Below, one piece after another: positions 42,622-53,643 of a stretch of 64,000 nucleotides of DNA. Every line of letters begins with the position of its first letter. Position 1 is the stretch's first letter. The DNA lies in the NCBI GenBank assembly GCA_963663405.2, contig CAXXSM010000091.1:1-64000 (forward strand). The letters run 5' to 3'. The position numbers were made by a program, and so were the translations under genes. This stretch comes from a bacterium. Its GTDB lineage: Bacteria; Hinthialibacterota; Hinthialibacteria; Hinthialibacterales; Hinthialibacteraceae. Below the pieces are notes generated by a model. The model was given only the letters and a program-made list of their open reading frames with translations. It was not told where the DNA came from and searched no databases.

Positions 42622-44247
42622 ATGTATCTCGACTTTTTACCATATGATTCAACATCCTTTCCAATTGACTCCCGATCCGGCGTTTCTCTTGCTGAGTCCG
42701 AGTCACAAAGAAGCGTTGACTTCTATTATTTATGGAATCGACGATCGAAAAGGATTTGTTGTAATTGTAGGAGAAACCGGAACGGGGAAGACTACAATCG
42801 TCCGCACATACTTGGAAAACCGCAGCAACTTCCACGTACAACACGATAAAGAAAAAGGGGAAAACTTCAATCGTCCGCGTCAAACAAAGGCAAGGGAAGA
42901 CCGCAAACGGATCAAACCGATCTACCTTTTTTTTAACGCGGAAGTCACATTTAAAGATCTTTTAAAAGAAATTTCCCGGGAATTAGACGTCAAAGTGGAG
43001 AATGACAGCCTGTTGGTGATGGTCCGGAGATTATATCAAGCACTCAGCGATGAATACCAAAAGGGATACAATATCGCCCTTATCATCGATGAAGCCCAAA
43101 ACATGACCGTCGAAACGTTAGAAGAACTGCGTATGCTCTCCAACCTGGAAACAAGTAAAGAGAAACTGCTTCAAATTGTACTGGTCGGGCAGCCGGAACT
43201 GGATCAGAAGTTGAACCTTAATAAACTCCGACAATTAAAGCAGCGTATTGAAATCCGCGCCAATATCAAACCACTCACCAAAAAGCAGAGTATGACTTAT
43301 ATCCTGCACCGCTTATCCCAAGTTATCGTACCTGAAGATCGAATCCATACAATCTTCTCACCTGGCGCGTTGAAAGAGATCATTAAATATTCAAATGGGA
43401 TTCCCCGCATAATCAACAATGTCTGCGATAAGACTCTCCTCGCTGGTTTTTTCGATAAACAGAAACCGGTCTCAGCGCAATTGGCCAAAAAAGCGATCTC
43501 AGAACTGGAAGGTTATCAACAACCACACTGGCTTCGCCGCTTCGCGCCCGCTGGGAGCGCAGCAATCGCAACGGCAACGATTCTCACATTCCTGCTGTTT
43601 AATCCATTCTCCAACCGTGATTCTCAGCTGATCACAGAAAAGGGTAATGATACAAACACAACCATCCCCCCTAAACGCCAATCCGGACGAACCCACAATC
43701 GGCGCAATGATACAGTCATCCCCTTCTCCAACGCTTATTTCAAATTCTTCAATCCCAGAGCCATCAGCGGTTCCAACCAATGGAAATTATACTCCAACGC
43801 AGAACGTGATTTCTAATGATCCGACCGCTGCTCCTGATCATGCCAATAGACCGACACCTTCTACCACTATAGAAATAGCGCCATCAGTAACATCCACAAT
43901 CGCCCTCTCCCGCGCCTTCCGCCACATCGACTCTCGTTCCAACCCTCCAACCGACATCCACTCCACCGCCGGTGATCCCTCCAACTTTAACGCCTGCGCA
44001 CGAGACGAACTCTGACAACAATACCGGTGGAAAAACAGAGACAAAAAAACCAATACAATTCCCAGTAATCAAGATCGTAAAACGGGGGGATAATCTTCTC
44101 ACTCTCTGCAGTGAGATCTATGGCGCCACTCACAGCCAGATTATCAATCTAGTGAAAGAACATAATCCCGAAATCAACGATCCCGATATTATTATCACCG
44201 GTCACAAAATCATATTCCCAGAATACCCACCCAAAAACAAAAACTAG
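42622..44247 (+). CDS. ExeA/GspA-family AAA+ ATPase with TM helix, Pro/Thr linker and C-terminal LysM domain, frameshifted
   Basis: MYLDF..HPFQLTPDPAFL..HKEAL, Walker A GETGTGKTT, IIDEAQNM, LSNLET, LVGQPEL, LRQLKQRI, GIPRIIN. The last ORF has VKRGDNL..YG..NPEINDPDIIITGHKIIFP (LysM). Confidence 0.85.
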
Positions 44248-44364
44248 CGAAAAAATCCAAAAAAGGATCGATCTTCCACCTCATTCCCTGCAGACAAATC
44301 AATAAATGGATGGTATGATTCAAAGATAATACTATCATTCCAGTACCAACAGGGGGACAGTGAA

Positions 44365-45666
44365 ATGTTGAGCCGAACCGTTTCTTTTACTATCGCTATT
44401 ATGCGCGGTTACCAGCGTTCCATACGCTCAAGAATTGGGAGAGCCTTTTGCCAGTAACAACCGAGGAAAATGCGCAGCAATTTCCCGATGTTGTCTACAA
44501 CTCTCATAATAATCAATTTCTCGCCGTGTGGGAACATGTTGAACAGGATTACTCGCGGGATATATACGGAATCCTTTTAGATGGGGATTCCGGACAGCCA
44601 ATAGGAGAACCGATTCTTTTCATCGTCGATGATAATATCATCGAAGCCCCGGAACTCGCGTATAACAGCGTGGATAACGAATATCTCTTAGTCGCCCGCA
44701 GCCGGTATAATAATATGGCGTTCGCGCAGCGCGTTTCGGCGCAGGGGACAGCCGATTGGTGATCCGATTGAGATCGAGAGCAGCGGGGGTCCTACGTTTT
44801 TCGATCCAGCGGCGCGCGCCCGCGTCGTATCCATCGCCTATAATGCGGTAGATAATCAATATTTAATCGGCCTGGGGGATCAGCCACGCGCCCAAATTGT
44901 CTTTGCCGACCTTTCTCTTGACATCCCCTTCGATCCATTCGGAAACGGCACGAATCCAGCCGCCGCCTGGTCCAGTGTCAGCAATGTCTATCTAATGGCC
45001 TGGGAGGATCGGGAAACACGCGCCACCGGAGAGGAAAACCTAAGCGCCCAGTTAATATCCAATACGGGTGATCTTATTGGGGGATATCATAAAGATCCGC
45101 GATCAGGAATTCGCAGAAGAATCACCCCCGCATCGCGTATAATCCAGATGACGATCAATTCCTTGTGATCTGGGACGAACGCATCGGTTTTTCGAGCGGT
45201 CCTTGATCCACAGACTCTGACGGATACGATCGGCCAATTGATCAGCGCCGATGGACAAATGGTAGGCGATCCTATTCCCATTGAAGCGGGCACGGCGTAT
45301 ACGTTGCGGCAAGATGTAGACTACAGCCAAATTGCGGGGCAATATTTGGCTGTATGGAAAGGGGATGAAAGTGGAGATTTCGCGTTCGCGGATATCTTCG
45401 GTCGATTTATCAACCGGGACGGCCCTCTCGCCAGCGATATTTTTCTGATCTATGACGCCGGAGACGATAATACTAACGAAGGGAACGACCAACAATACTA
45501 TGATGAATCCAAACTCCCCGTGACCGCCGTCAATACGAACACAGGCTCATTCCTTGTGGTCTGGGAAGAAGCGGGGATCAATCGCAATCCGGAAGACCGC
45601 GATATCTACGCTCGTTTCGTTTCCGCGCCGGGCACATCGATTGATGCGTGGGAGATTTATCAATAA
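44365..45666 (+). CDS. Secreted ~7-bladed beta-propeller protein ending in TSIDAWEIYQ, frameshifted
   Basis: Signal peptide recovered across an indel (..LLSLLCAVTSVPYA|QE). Seven P-x-x-x-Y-N..F/Y-L-x-V-W-E/D repeats read across frames. Confidence 0.75.
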
Positions 45667-45669
45667 TCT

Positions 45670-46506
45670 TCATCTTTCCAAATACACCTTAAGAGAGTGT
45701 TTCCAGATTTCCCCCCGCTCGTTTGTGATAACGAGATCGTCTCCATCAAAGCACAGCGCCTCACTCCCATAAAAAAGACCAACTGTATACAGCAAAGGAG
45801 GCGTCAGTAAGTTAGATTCTTCTTTCACATCATAAAACACAACACACGAATAAGTCAGAACGGCTAAGACATTATGGCGTGGTGAATACTCCGCGCCGGT
45901 CACTTTTCGTTTGATGTTCAAAGGTCCGATTGCTTTCGCAGTGAGAATCTTTCCTTTTTCGAGTGTATCGATGCAAAAAATTTTCGGTTTCGAATCAGTA
46001 ACAATACTCATTTTTTCGATTAGATAGAATTTTCCATTCAGAATAAAGAACGCCTCACAATCGTATGAGCGGCCATCCTCATATTGAAACGAGTAGCATG
46101 TACAATCCCAGTTTCCAGATTCGTTCTCCGGTGGTTCTACGAAGTGATAGATTTGATACGTTTTTCTCCAAAAAAGATTATCACCAGCATCCGCGATATA
46201 ATAATTCCCTTCCCCATCGCCGGTCATATCCTCCCAATCGATATTTTGGGCGCCTTTAAGAGCGACCGACTGTAGAATCTGTCCAGAATGATTGAAACGA
46301 TAGACTTGGATGCTGTTACCAGAATCATCATGCCCCCAATACTCGCCTTTATGCGTGGCGGACGCCATGCCGGATAATTCGAGTCTTCTCTCGCTTACGA
46401 TCTTTCCCGTTGGAGGATAATACAACATTAATATCCGATTTTTCGCATGCGCGCTTATCACACTCAGCAGAAAAGCGAATAGGATAATTAAGAAATAACG
46501 CATCAA
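45670..46506 (-). CDS. Secreted hypothetical beta-propeller protein
   Basis: Signal peptide; ELSG, HDDSG, DWEDM, IADAGDN, DCEAF and EALCF..TNE motifs of a widespread uncharacterised family. Confidence 0.75.
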   Translation of the reverse strand: MMRYFLIILFAFLLSVISAHAKNRILMLYYPPTGKIVSERRLELSGMASATHKGEYWGHDDSGNSIQVYRFNHSGQILQSVALKGAQNIDWEDMTGDGEGNYYIADAGDNLFWRKTYQIYHFVEPPENESGNWDCTCYSFQYEDGRSYDCEAFFILNGKFYLIEKMSIVTDSKPKIFCIDTLEKGKILTAKAIGPLNIKRKVTGAEYSPRHNVLAVLTYSCVVFYDVKEESNLLTPPLLYTVGLFYGSEALCFDGDDLVITNERGEIWKHSLKVYLER

Positions 46507-46654
46507 AACTCTCCGGCTTTTACGAGTTGCGCTGTATAGTAAACCAACGAGTGAAGAAACACATTGTCACGTAATCATAGACAAAATCGGGGATGATTGA
46601 ATCGAATAAAACAAGTAATTACGTTGCTGTGAAAATACGCCGCAAGAAAAACAT

Positions 46655-46684
46655 AAAAGGGGTACATATAGTGTACCCCTTTTT
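46655..46684. terminator. Intrinsic terminator hairpin downstream of pfk (bidirectional form)
   Basis: AAAAGGGGTACA-TATAG-TGTACCCCTTTT. Confidence 0.8.
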
Positions 46685-46705
46685 CATTGGCTTATTAAAG
46701 ATCAA

Positions 46706-47929
46706 TTACAGTTTCTTAACAGAGGGAGCGAAAAGGCGTGTCGCGGCCGGAGGGGGTCCCATTAACGGCGATAGATAATTCCGGAACGCTTCCGTTATAT
46801 TATTGCCTTCCGCGTTGATAAATTCATCAGGCATGGTTTTCGTTTTGGCGGCGATCGATTCCAATTTTACGAGGTCGTATTCGACGGCGTAATCTCCGAC
46901 TCGTTTAATGGCGACTGAACCGTCAATATTATGCCATAAGGCGTATTGGACGGCTTTCTCTCCCACTTCCCGCGCTTCATTGGCGTCGACGTCCGAGACA
47001 ACTCCCAAGAAACAACGCTGGGGATAACCAAACGTGTCCGCGCGAACTCGTTTGATCTTCAGTTCGTCTTTCACCAAACCGGATAACACATCCCCTAACG
47101 CTCCGATACCGGACAGCTGCACGTTGCCATGCGCGTCTTTTTCCACTTTGTCAGATAGAGAGACCATCAATGGAACATGTTTCCCATCCGCGTCCGTTTC
47201 ACTCCATGCGCCTTCGGAAATCGCGATAATGCAACGTCCATGTTTTTTGTAGATGGCGTCGACATCCGCAAGGAAACTCTCTTTTTTGAACTGACGTTCG
47301 GGAAGATAAACAAGATGGGGTCCATCATCTGGAAAACGGCGATATCCGGAAGCGGCGGCGGTTAGAAAGCCCGCGTGCCGGCCCATGATAACGGCGATAT
47401 AGACACCCGGCAGCGCCCGGTTATCAAGATTGACGCCCGCGATGGCGAGCGCAACGTACCGCGCCGCCGATCCATATCCAGGACAGTGATCGGTCACGAC
47501 CAAGTCGTTGTCAATGGTTTTCGGAATGTGGACGCACCGGCATTCGTATCCTTCCGCATCAGCGAACTCGTTGACGATCCGGCATGTGTCGGATGAGTCG
47601 TTTCCACCGATATAGAAGAAATAGCGAACGTCGTATTTTTTGAACACGCTGAATATCTTGCTGCAGTATTCCTTATCCGGTTTATCACGGGTGGATCCAA
47701 GAGCCGCTCCGGGAGTCAAGGCGATTTGTTCGAGGTTGTGGGAAGTGGCCTGGCTTAGATCAAGGAAATCTTCATTGATGATTCCACTGACGCCGTGACG
47801 GGCGCCATACACATGGGTTACTTGGGTGAATTTCCGGCATTCCAGCGCGGCGCCGACGACACTCTGATTAATGACCGCCGTAGGGCCGCCCCCTTGGGCT
47901 ATGATCGCTTTACCTTTTAGTTCCGGCAT
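46706..47929 (-). CDS. pfkA: 6-phosphofructokinase, probably PPi-dependent
   Basis: QGGGPTAVIN, GGNDS, PKTIDNDL, MGRHAGFL. Confidence 0.92.
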   Translation of the reverse strand: MPELKGKAIIAQGGGPTAVINQSVVGAALECRKFTQVTHVYGARHGVSGIINEDFLDLSQATSHNLEQIALTPGAALGSTRDKPDKEYCSKIFSVFKKYDVRYFFYIGGNDSSDTCRIVNEFADAEGYECRCVHIPKTIDNDLVVTDHCPGYGSAARYVALAIAGVNLDNRALPGVYIAVIMGRHAGFLTAAASGYRRFPDDGPHLVYLPERQFKKESFLADVDAIYKKHGRCIIAISEGAWSETDADGKHVPLMVSLSDKVEKDAHGNVQLSGIGALGDVLSGLVKDELKIKRVRADTFGYPQRCFLGVVSDVDANEAREVGEKAVQYALWHNIDGSVAIKRVGDYAVEYDLVKLESIAAKTKTMPDEFINAEGNNITEAFRNYLSPLMGPPPAATRLFAPSVKKL

Positions 47930-48235
47930 TCAAATTCTCCTGGTTAATGAAATGGATTTGTACGATATAGAGATACCGTCTTAGTTTATATCTATAAGTT
48001 TATTTTCTACGTTTTCTCATTCAAGCGGCGTGGTGATCCTATGAGAAAGAAACAAAGCAAACATGAGGCTCCCGCGCCATCAAAATGGGCAGACAATGCA
48101 CGATCGAATAACTTAAATCATATATGATTATACATGCTGTCTGTTAGCCAATTATCAGTATGGATGAAACAGATACCAATCGAATGATTGTATGAAAAAA
48201 TAGAATACCAAGTATTGAAATTATAAATTCAGATA

Positions 48236-48328
48236 AACCATCATGATTGAGATCACAACTGCAAATGAAAATGAGTGGCAGAAGAAATCGCGGACGAGAA
48301 AGCCTTCGAAACTCATTTTCACATAAAT
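48236..48328 (-). repeat. Dispersed intergenic repeat family A, copy 3 (inverted)
   Basis: CCATCATGATTGAGATCACAACTGCAAATGAAAATGAGT..GAGAAAG..ACTCATTTTCACATAAAT is the reverse complement of the 42362 copy. It abuts the creatininase stop codon. Confidence 0.8.
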
Positions 48329-49092
48329 CAGTACGGAAAGGTTTCATTCATTTCCGCGTCAGAGAGTTCCTTGATATAGGAGCCAATCCGGTCCACTAGA
48401 ATATCGATCAATTGTTTCCCTTTTTCCACTGTGGCCTTTTTCGGATTACCCACGCCGCAGTTTTTCGTAACAAGATGAAAGGGGCGTGTGACCTGGGCCC
48501 ATCCCCGGTTGACGGCTTCAAATGGGGACGGCTTTTCCGCTCCATCATCCGCTTTCGAGAGATCGATCAATTCCGGAAATAGATTAAGACAGACACTGGT
48601 TTCCATTTCTCCTCCATGATCGCCCACGTCATCAAAGATTTGTGGATAGACATCTTCGGCGACGCGATACCAATCAACTAAGCTGACGAAAACCTCGGTC
48701 TGATTATAGAATTCTCGCAGCGTATGTTTGAAACTATTCCCGCCGTGCCCATTCAAAATGATAAACTTTTTGATCTCGTGCGCTTCCAAGGAATGGAGAA
48801 TGTCCTGAATAATGATATCCAATGTGGAAGGCTGCAAGGACATGGTCATGGGAAATCCCATCAGATTACTGTCAACACCGTATGGAATACAAGGAAGCAG
48901 GACCACTTTGGCGCCGAGTGAGTGGGCGCGTTCACAGATCAAATCCCCCAACCGTTCCGTCGTGATCGCGTCCGTTCCATAAGGCAGATGAAGATTATGG
49001 GGTTCGGTCGCGCCGATGGGCAGGACGGCGACTTCATAGGGATGTTGGCGAACATAATTCTGATTGACTTCAAGCAATTTCCATGGCTTCAT
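48328..49092 (-). CDS. Creatininase / creatinine amidohydrolase family protein
   Basis: LPIGATEPHNLHLPYGTD, NGHGGN, DHGGEMETS, GVGNPKKATVEKG. Confidence 0.92.
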   Translation of the reverse strand: MKPWKLLEVNQNYVRQHPYEVAVLPIGATEPHNLHLPYGTDAITTERLGDLICERAHSLGAKVVLLPCIPYGVDSNLMGFPMTMSLQPSTLDIIIQDILHSLEAHEIKKFIILNGHGGNSFKHTLREFYNQTEVFVSLVDWYRVAEDVYPQIFDDVGDHGGEMETSVCLNLFPELIDLSKADDGAEKPSPFEAVNRGWAQVTRPFHLVTKNCGVGNPKKATVEKGKQLIDILVDRIGSYIKELSDAEMNETFPY

Positions 49093-49365
49093 ACGATCTC
49101 CTCCAAAAAATTTCTATACCGTTATGTGCGGATACTCAAGGCTAGTGATAGATCTCAAGAATCTCCACATCGAAGGTTTTTAAAGAATTCCGCAAACCTG
49201 TATGGAATTCCCCGGTTCAAACTATCGGAGTTGAAACAACAAGTTTCAAAAAAGAAATACTATACACCAAGTGGAGAGTGTCAATCGAGACGCTGCAGAG
49301 ATACGAAGTCGAAGTGAACTGATGCGTCACTCTATCGAGGAGCCTCACAGTCGAATGGAAATCCA

Positions 49366-51171
49366 TCACTCTATAAAATCACGAAGTTTGCGGCTGCGAT
49401 TGGGATGGCGGAGTTTTCGAAGGGCTTTTGTTTCAATCTGGCGGACGCGCTCGCGGGTCACTCCGAAACGATTGCCGACTTCTTCCAAAGTGCGTTGATA
49501 GCCGTCTCCGATACCAAACCGGAGACGCAGAACGGTTTCTTCGCGCTCCGTCAGAGTTTGCAGCACGACTTCCAGCTGGTCGCTCATGATATGATCGGAG
49601 GTGGAAGCGGACGGAGAAAGAATGGTTTTATCTTCGATGAAATCGCCAAAGTGCGTGTCACCATCATCACCGACGGGCGTCTCCAACGAAATGGGCTGCT
49701 GCGCGATTTTAAAGACGGCGCGGATTTTATCCACCGGCATATCGATCAATTTCGCGATTTCATCGGGGGAGGGTTCGCGGCCGTTTTCCTGGACAAGGCG
49801 GCGGGAGACGCGGGTGATTTTGTTAATCGTTTCAATCATATGAACGGGAATCCGGATGGTGCGAGCCTGGTCGGCGATGGCGCGGGTGACGGCCTGACGA
49901 ATCCACCACGTCGCGTAGGTGCTGAACTTATAGCCCCGCCGGTACTCAAACTTATCCACCGCCCGCATCAAACCGATATTGCCTTCTTGGATCAAATCAA
50001 GGAACTGCAAACCCCGGTTGGTGTAATTTTTAGCGATTGACACCACGAGACGAAGGTTGGCTTTGACGACGTCCATCTTTGAAAGATAAGCCATATTATT
50101 CCCTTCATTAATCTTCTCGACGATGCTAGTGAAATTGGAGGGACTGTCTTTGATTTGTTTGTTCGCCTTCGCTTTTTCTTCTTTCGCGTGCGCCAAAGAC
50201 TTGCATAATTGCACCAATTCACCGCGGGATTTTCCCGTGCGCTTCTCCAATTCACTCCGGCCGAAGCTGGTATGTTTTAATTTCCTGTATAATTCCCAGA
50301 TTTCATTGACGGGCAGTTGGAGCGTTTCCTCGATCCGCTTCGTTTCTTTTTTCGCGTTGATGACTTTTCGATGCAGTTCAATGAGATGATTGGCGATCTT
50401 GCCGATTAATTCATGATCGAATTTCATCTTAATCAGCATTTCACCAAGCCGGGCTTTCATGCCGTACAACTTAGGAAGGTTCTTTTTATTACTCCGCCGT
50501 TCCAAGGCGGTGATTTTTTCGTAAGCTTTTTCGATTTCCGTAAATTTTCGACGCAGATCCGCAATGATGGTTTGGCGATCGTTATCCGTGAACTGCTCTT
50601 TCAAATCAAAATTCTGAATCACTTCTTCCAGGCGGACATCTCCCCGTTCCAACCGGTCAAGGAGAGTTCTGATTTCTTGATAGGCGGTTTTACTGCGGGC
50701 CAACGCCTTACAGACCAAAAACCGTCCTGTTTCAATTTTCTTCGATAATTCAATCTCTTGTTCCCGTGTTAAAAGCGGGACACGTCCCATTTCCCGCAAA
50801 TACAACCGTACAGGATCATCCACCCGGACTCGATCTTCTTCGACCGATTCTTCTTCCTCCGGTTCTTCTTCCTCTCCGCTGGCGCTATCCCGGCTGGATT
50901 GTTTTTTAGTTTCTTCCTCCTCGTTCTCTTCTTCCTCTTGTTCTTCGAACCGATTCACGACGGCAATTCCTCGATCGTTCAAGGCGATAAAGATATCATC
51001 AATGTCATCCACGCTGATAGTTTCATCGCTGATCATACGATTGACATCATCGTAGGTTAACCGCCCGTTTCGCTCTTCCAGTTCAATCAGTTTTCGGATC
51101 TTTGTGCCATTGACACTCAAAGAACCATTATGCGTCTTCTTGACTTGAAAAGCTTTCGCCATGGATTGCAT
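49366..51171 (-). CDS. rpoD: Primary RNA polymerase sigma-70 factor
   Basis: Region 1.1 with acidic linker, [75 protein letters not shown]. Confidence 0.97.
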   Translation of the reverse strand: MQSMAKAFQVKKTHNGSLSVNGTKIRKLIELEERNGRLTYDDVNRMISDETISVDDIDDIFIALNDRGIAVVNRFEEQEEEENEEEETKKQSSRDSASGEEEEPEEEESVEEDRVRVDDPVRLYLREMGRVPLLTREQEIELSKKIETGRFLVCKALARSKTAYQEIRTLLDRLERGDVRLEEVIQNFDLKEQFTDNDRQTIIADLRRKFTEIEKAYEKITALERRSNKKNLPKLYGMKARLGEMLIKMKFDHELIGKIANHLIELHRKVINAKKETKRIEETLQLPVNEIWELYRKLKHTSFGRSELEKRTGKSRGELVQLCKSLAHAKEEKAKANKQIKDSPSNFTSIVEKINEGNNMAYLSKMDVVKANLRLVVSIAKNYTNRGLQFLDLIQEGNIGLMRAVDKFEYRRGYKFSTYATWWIRQAVTRAIADQARTIRIPVHMIETINKITRVSRRLVQENGREPSPDEIAKLIDMPVDKIRAVFKIAQQPISLETPVGDDGDTHFGDFIEDKTILSPSASTSDHIMSDQLEVVLQTLTEREETVLRLRFGIGDGYQRTLEEVGNRFGVTRERVRQIETKALRKLRHPNRSRKLRDFIE

Positions 51172-51280
51172 CTCCCTTTAGAGACAATGTGGACACGTGT
51201 CAGTCCACAGAATCCACTTAGACTATTCTGGTCTCAACACCCAACGCATGGCAATTTGTAGCAAATAATCCTCTTCGGAA

Positions 51281-51416
51281 GGTAACAACGAGGGATCGTC
51301 TAACTGACGTCAGTTCGAACGGGGCGATGAGAGCTCAGCGCCTTTTCCGTTTCTAGTCTCATCCTACGCCTCGGTCCGTTCCACTCTTCATCCCTAACCA
51401 CGGATTCCTTATTACC
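51281..51416 (-). ncRNA. Candidate structured RNA upstream of rpoD (leader element or small RNA)
   Basis: Four nested complementary segments of 6-8 bp plus the internal palindrome AACTGACGTCAGTT. No family recognised. Confidence 0.4.
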
Positions 51417-51732
51417 GCATTTCAATAGATACGACCGAAATAAATACAAGAAAAGTATAGACACGTCCTGTCAAGCATACAAGAGTTTTCTTTCGAGGAA
51501 AACAAAAGAAAAAAAATCTCTCATTTTCAGTTTGCAACGCTTTACTTTCTTCCATCTCTCGCTCTCAGATCCGGTGAAAACGATTCTTCTGTTACGGATA
51601 AATCGATTTAAACAATCGCGCTCACAGCGTTCTTCCCTTTCGTCAGAAACGTATTACTATTGTATTTGATTGCTTGTTGGAGAATTAAAAATTGCTGGCT
51701 GGATTCATCCACGTCATAAAAAGGATACGAGA

Positions 51733-51885
51733 ATGAATGAATTGCTTAGCGAATTTATCGCGTTTTTGAAAGAACGAAAAAAATTCTGGCTCATGCCGAT
51801 CGTCGTCATTCTGTTATTGCTCGGAGCTTTAATCGTATTGACGGAGACCTCTGTTATCGCGCCGTTTATTTACACGATTTTTTAA
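51733..51885 (+). CDS. DUF5989 family small membrane protein
   Basis: EFIAFLKERKKFWLMPIVVILLLLGALIVLTETSVIAPFIYTIF matches the family pattern. Confidence 0.88.
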   Translation: MNELLSEFIAFLKERKKFWLMPIVVILLLLGALIVLTETSVIAPFIYTIF

Positions 51886-52068
51886 TCCATCGCGGCGCCT
51901 GCGAATCTCCACGTTCGTCATATCCTCACGATTGAGCGAGCAAAGGGGGGGGGGTCGTTGCGTCTTCGCTTTTTTACGAGATCATCGTACAATGAATTTT
52001 TCCTGCCCCAATCAAGCCGTTATTGATTGATTTGGAAAGAATCTACCTATGTTCTATGGAGGACTGCT

Positions 52069-53334
52069 ATGAGTATGAGTGTTCGAATCCGATTGAGTGT
52101 GATGATGTTTTTGCAATTCATGGTCTGGGGGGCGTGGAATATCACACTGGGCGCATATCTTGGCCATCTCGGTTTCAGCGGCGTAGAGATCGGCGGGATT
52201 TTCGGCGCCTTTTTCCTGGCTTGTTTAATCTCTCCTTTTATTGGCGGACAGCTGGTTGACCGTCTTATGCCGACACAGATTTTTCTCGCGATCGTTCATC
52301 TGATCGGAGGCGTGTTGCTTATCGTATTAGCCGGCATTACTGAATACAGCAGTATGTGGTGGGTGATGTTGATTTATTCCTTGCTGTATGCGCCGACCTT
52401 AGGTTTAGTCAACTCCATTAGTTTTCATCATATTGAAAATACAGAACGGGATTTCGGAACGATTCGCGCGTGGGGCACTCTTGGTTGGATCGTGGCGGGT
52501 TTATTCCTGTCGTTCTGGTGGTCGAAGATCCAGCCCTTCCCAATGAAATGGGATGAAATCACTGACGCCGCAGTGAAGACACAATATCTCAACATTGAGA
52601 GCATGCTTTTCACAATCGCCGGGTACGTATCCCTTCTTTACGGGCTATTCTGTTTCGCGCTCCCGCATACGCCGCCGGCGAAGGAGAGCGCCAGCCCGTG
52701 GGCTTTTATCGACGCGCTGAAATTATTAAAAGATCCAAACTTCGCCATTTTCATGTTGATCGCGTTCGTCGTTTCCACCGAATTGATGTTCTTTTATATC
52801 TTGACACCCGGTTTTCTTGCTGAGATTGGAATCTCATCAAGTTATGTGCCCGCATTTATCACGATCTTCGCGCAGGGCGCGGAAATGTTGACGCTTCTTC
52901 TTTTAATGCCTTATCTCCTCCCCCGCTTGGGAGTACGAAAAACGCTCGCCGTTGGCGTGCTAGCTTGGCCGATCCGATACGCGGTTTTCAGCCTAGGATA
53001 TCCCTGGTGGTTGGTTGTCGCATCATTGACCCTGCATGGAATCTGTTACATCTTCTTCTTCATTGTCGCGCAAATCTATGTGGATAAAGTCGCGCCTAAA
53101 CACATTCGCGCGTCCGCGCAAAGTCTTCTGACAATTATTACGTTTGGTTTAGGACTGACTTTGGGGAGCTGGTTCGTCGGTTGGATTCAGGATCTTTTCA
53201 CGATTGATGGTGTAATAAACTATCGCAGTTTATTCCTCGTTCCCTGTTTTCTGACCGTCGCCTGCGCATTTGCTTTCCTATTCTTCTTTAAAGAGCCGGA
53301 GGCGAAAGCAGAAGAGGAAACAATTCAGTCATAA
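52069..53334 (+). CDS. MFS nucleoside:H+ symporter family (NupG/XapB/YegT-like)
   Basis: RLSVMMFLQFMVWGAW, IRAWGTLGWI, LPHTPP, LHGICY.FFF..QIYVD. GGAGG RBS. Confidence 0.88.
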   Translation: MSMSVRIRLSVMMFLQFMVWGAWNITLGAYLGHLGFSGVEIGGIFGAFFLACLISPFIGGQLVDRLMPTQIFLAIVHLIGGVLLIVLAGITEYSSMWWVMLIYSLLYAPTLGLVNSISFHHIENTERDFGTIRAWGTLGWIVAGLFLSFWWSKIQPFPMKWDEITDAAVKTQYLNIESMLFTIAGYVSLLYGLFCFALPHTPPAKESASPWAFIDALKLLKDPNFAIFMLIAFVVSTELMFFYILTPGFLAEIGISSSYVPAFITIFAQGAEMLTLLLLMPYLLPRLGVRKTLAVGVLAWPIRYAVFSLGYPWWLVVASLTLHGICYIFFFIVAQIYVDKVAPKHIRASAQSLLTIITFGLGLTLGSWFVGWIQDLFTIDGVINYRSLFLVPCFLTVACAFAFLFFFKEPEAKAEEETIQS

Positions 53335-53643
53335 ATCGGATTGCCCCTTTCAGCGCTCAACCGATTATCCATATAACCACTCCTTCACATACCTGATAAA
53401 CTGGTTCTCCTACTCTATCTACAATACCGTATTCTTATGAATGATTTAACGGTCAAACCAATGTGACATTTGCTACAATCCATCGTATAGACACAAGGAT
53501 AAAATGAATGAAGAAAATCCGGCCTCCGTCAAATAAAATGTCTATCTTGCGATCAGCTAAATAAGGCTATAATACAAGTGAATTCAGGAAGCAGAATTGA
53601 TCGTGTATACGTTGCGCATTCGGGACGGGGAGTATAAACCAGT

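Noticed and set aside
48144-48347. 67-aa minus-strand ORF with a DLNHDG motif
   Set aside because: It runs across repeat family A copy 3 and is best explained as chance translation of the repeat.
49405-50040. 211-aa ORF antisense to rpoD
   Set aside because: A common shadow ORF of conserved sigma70 regions, with no independent evidence.
51454-51474. TTGACA...TATACT on the minus strand as the rpoD promoter
   Set aside because: The spacer is only 9 bp, which does not fit sigma70 geometry.
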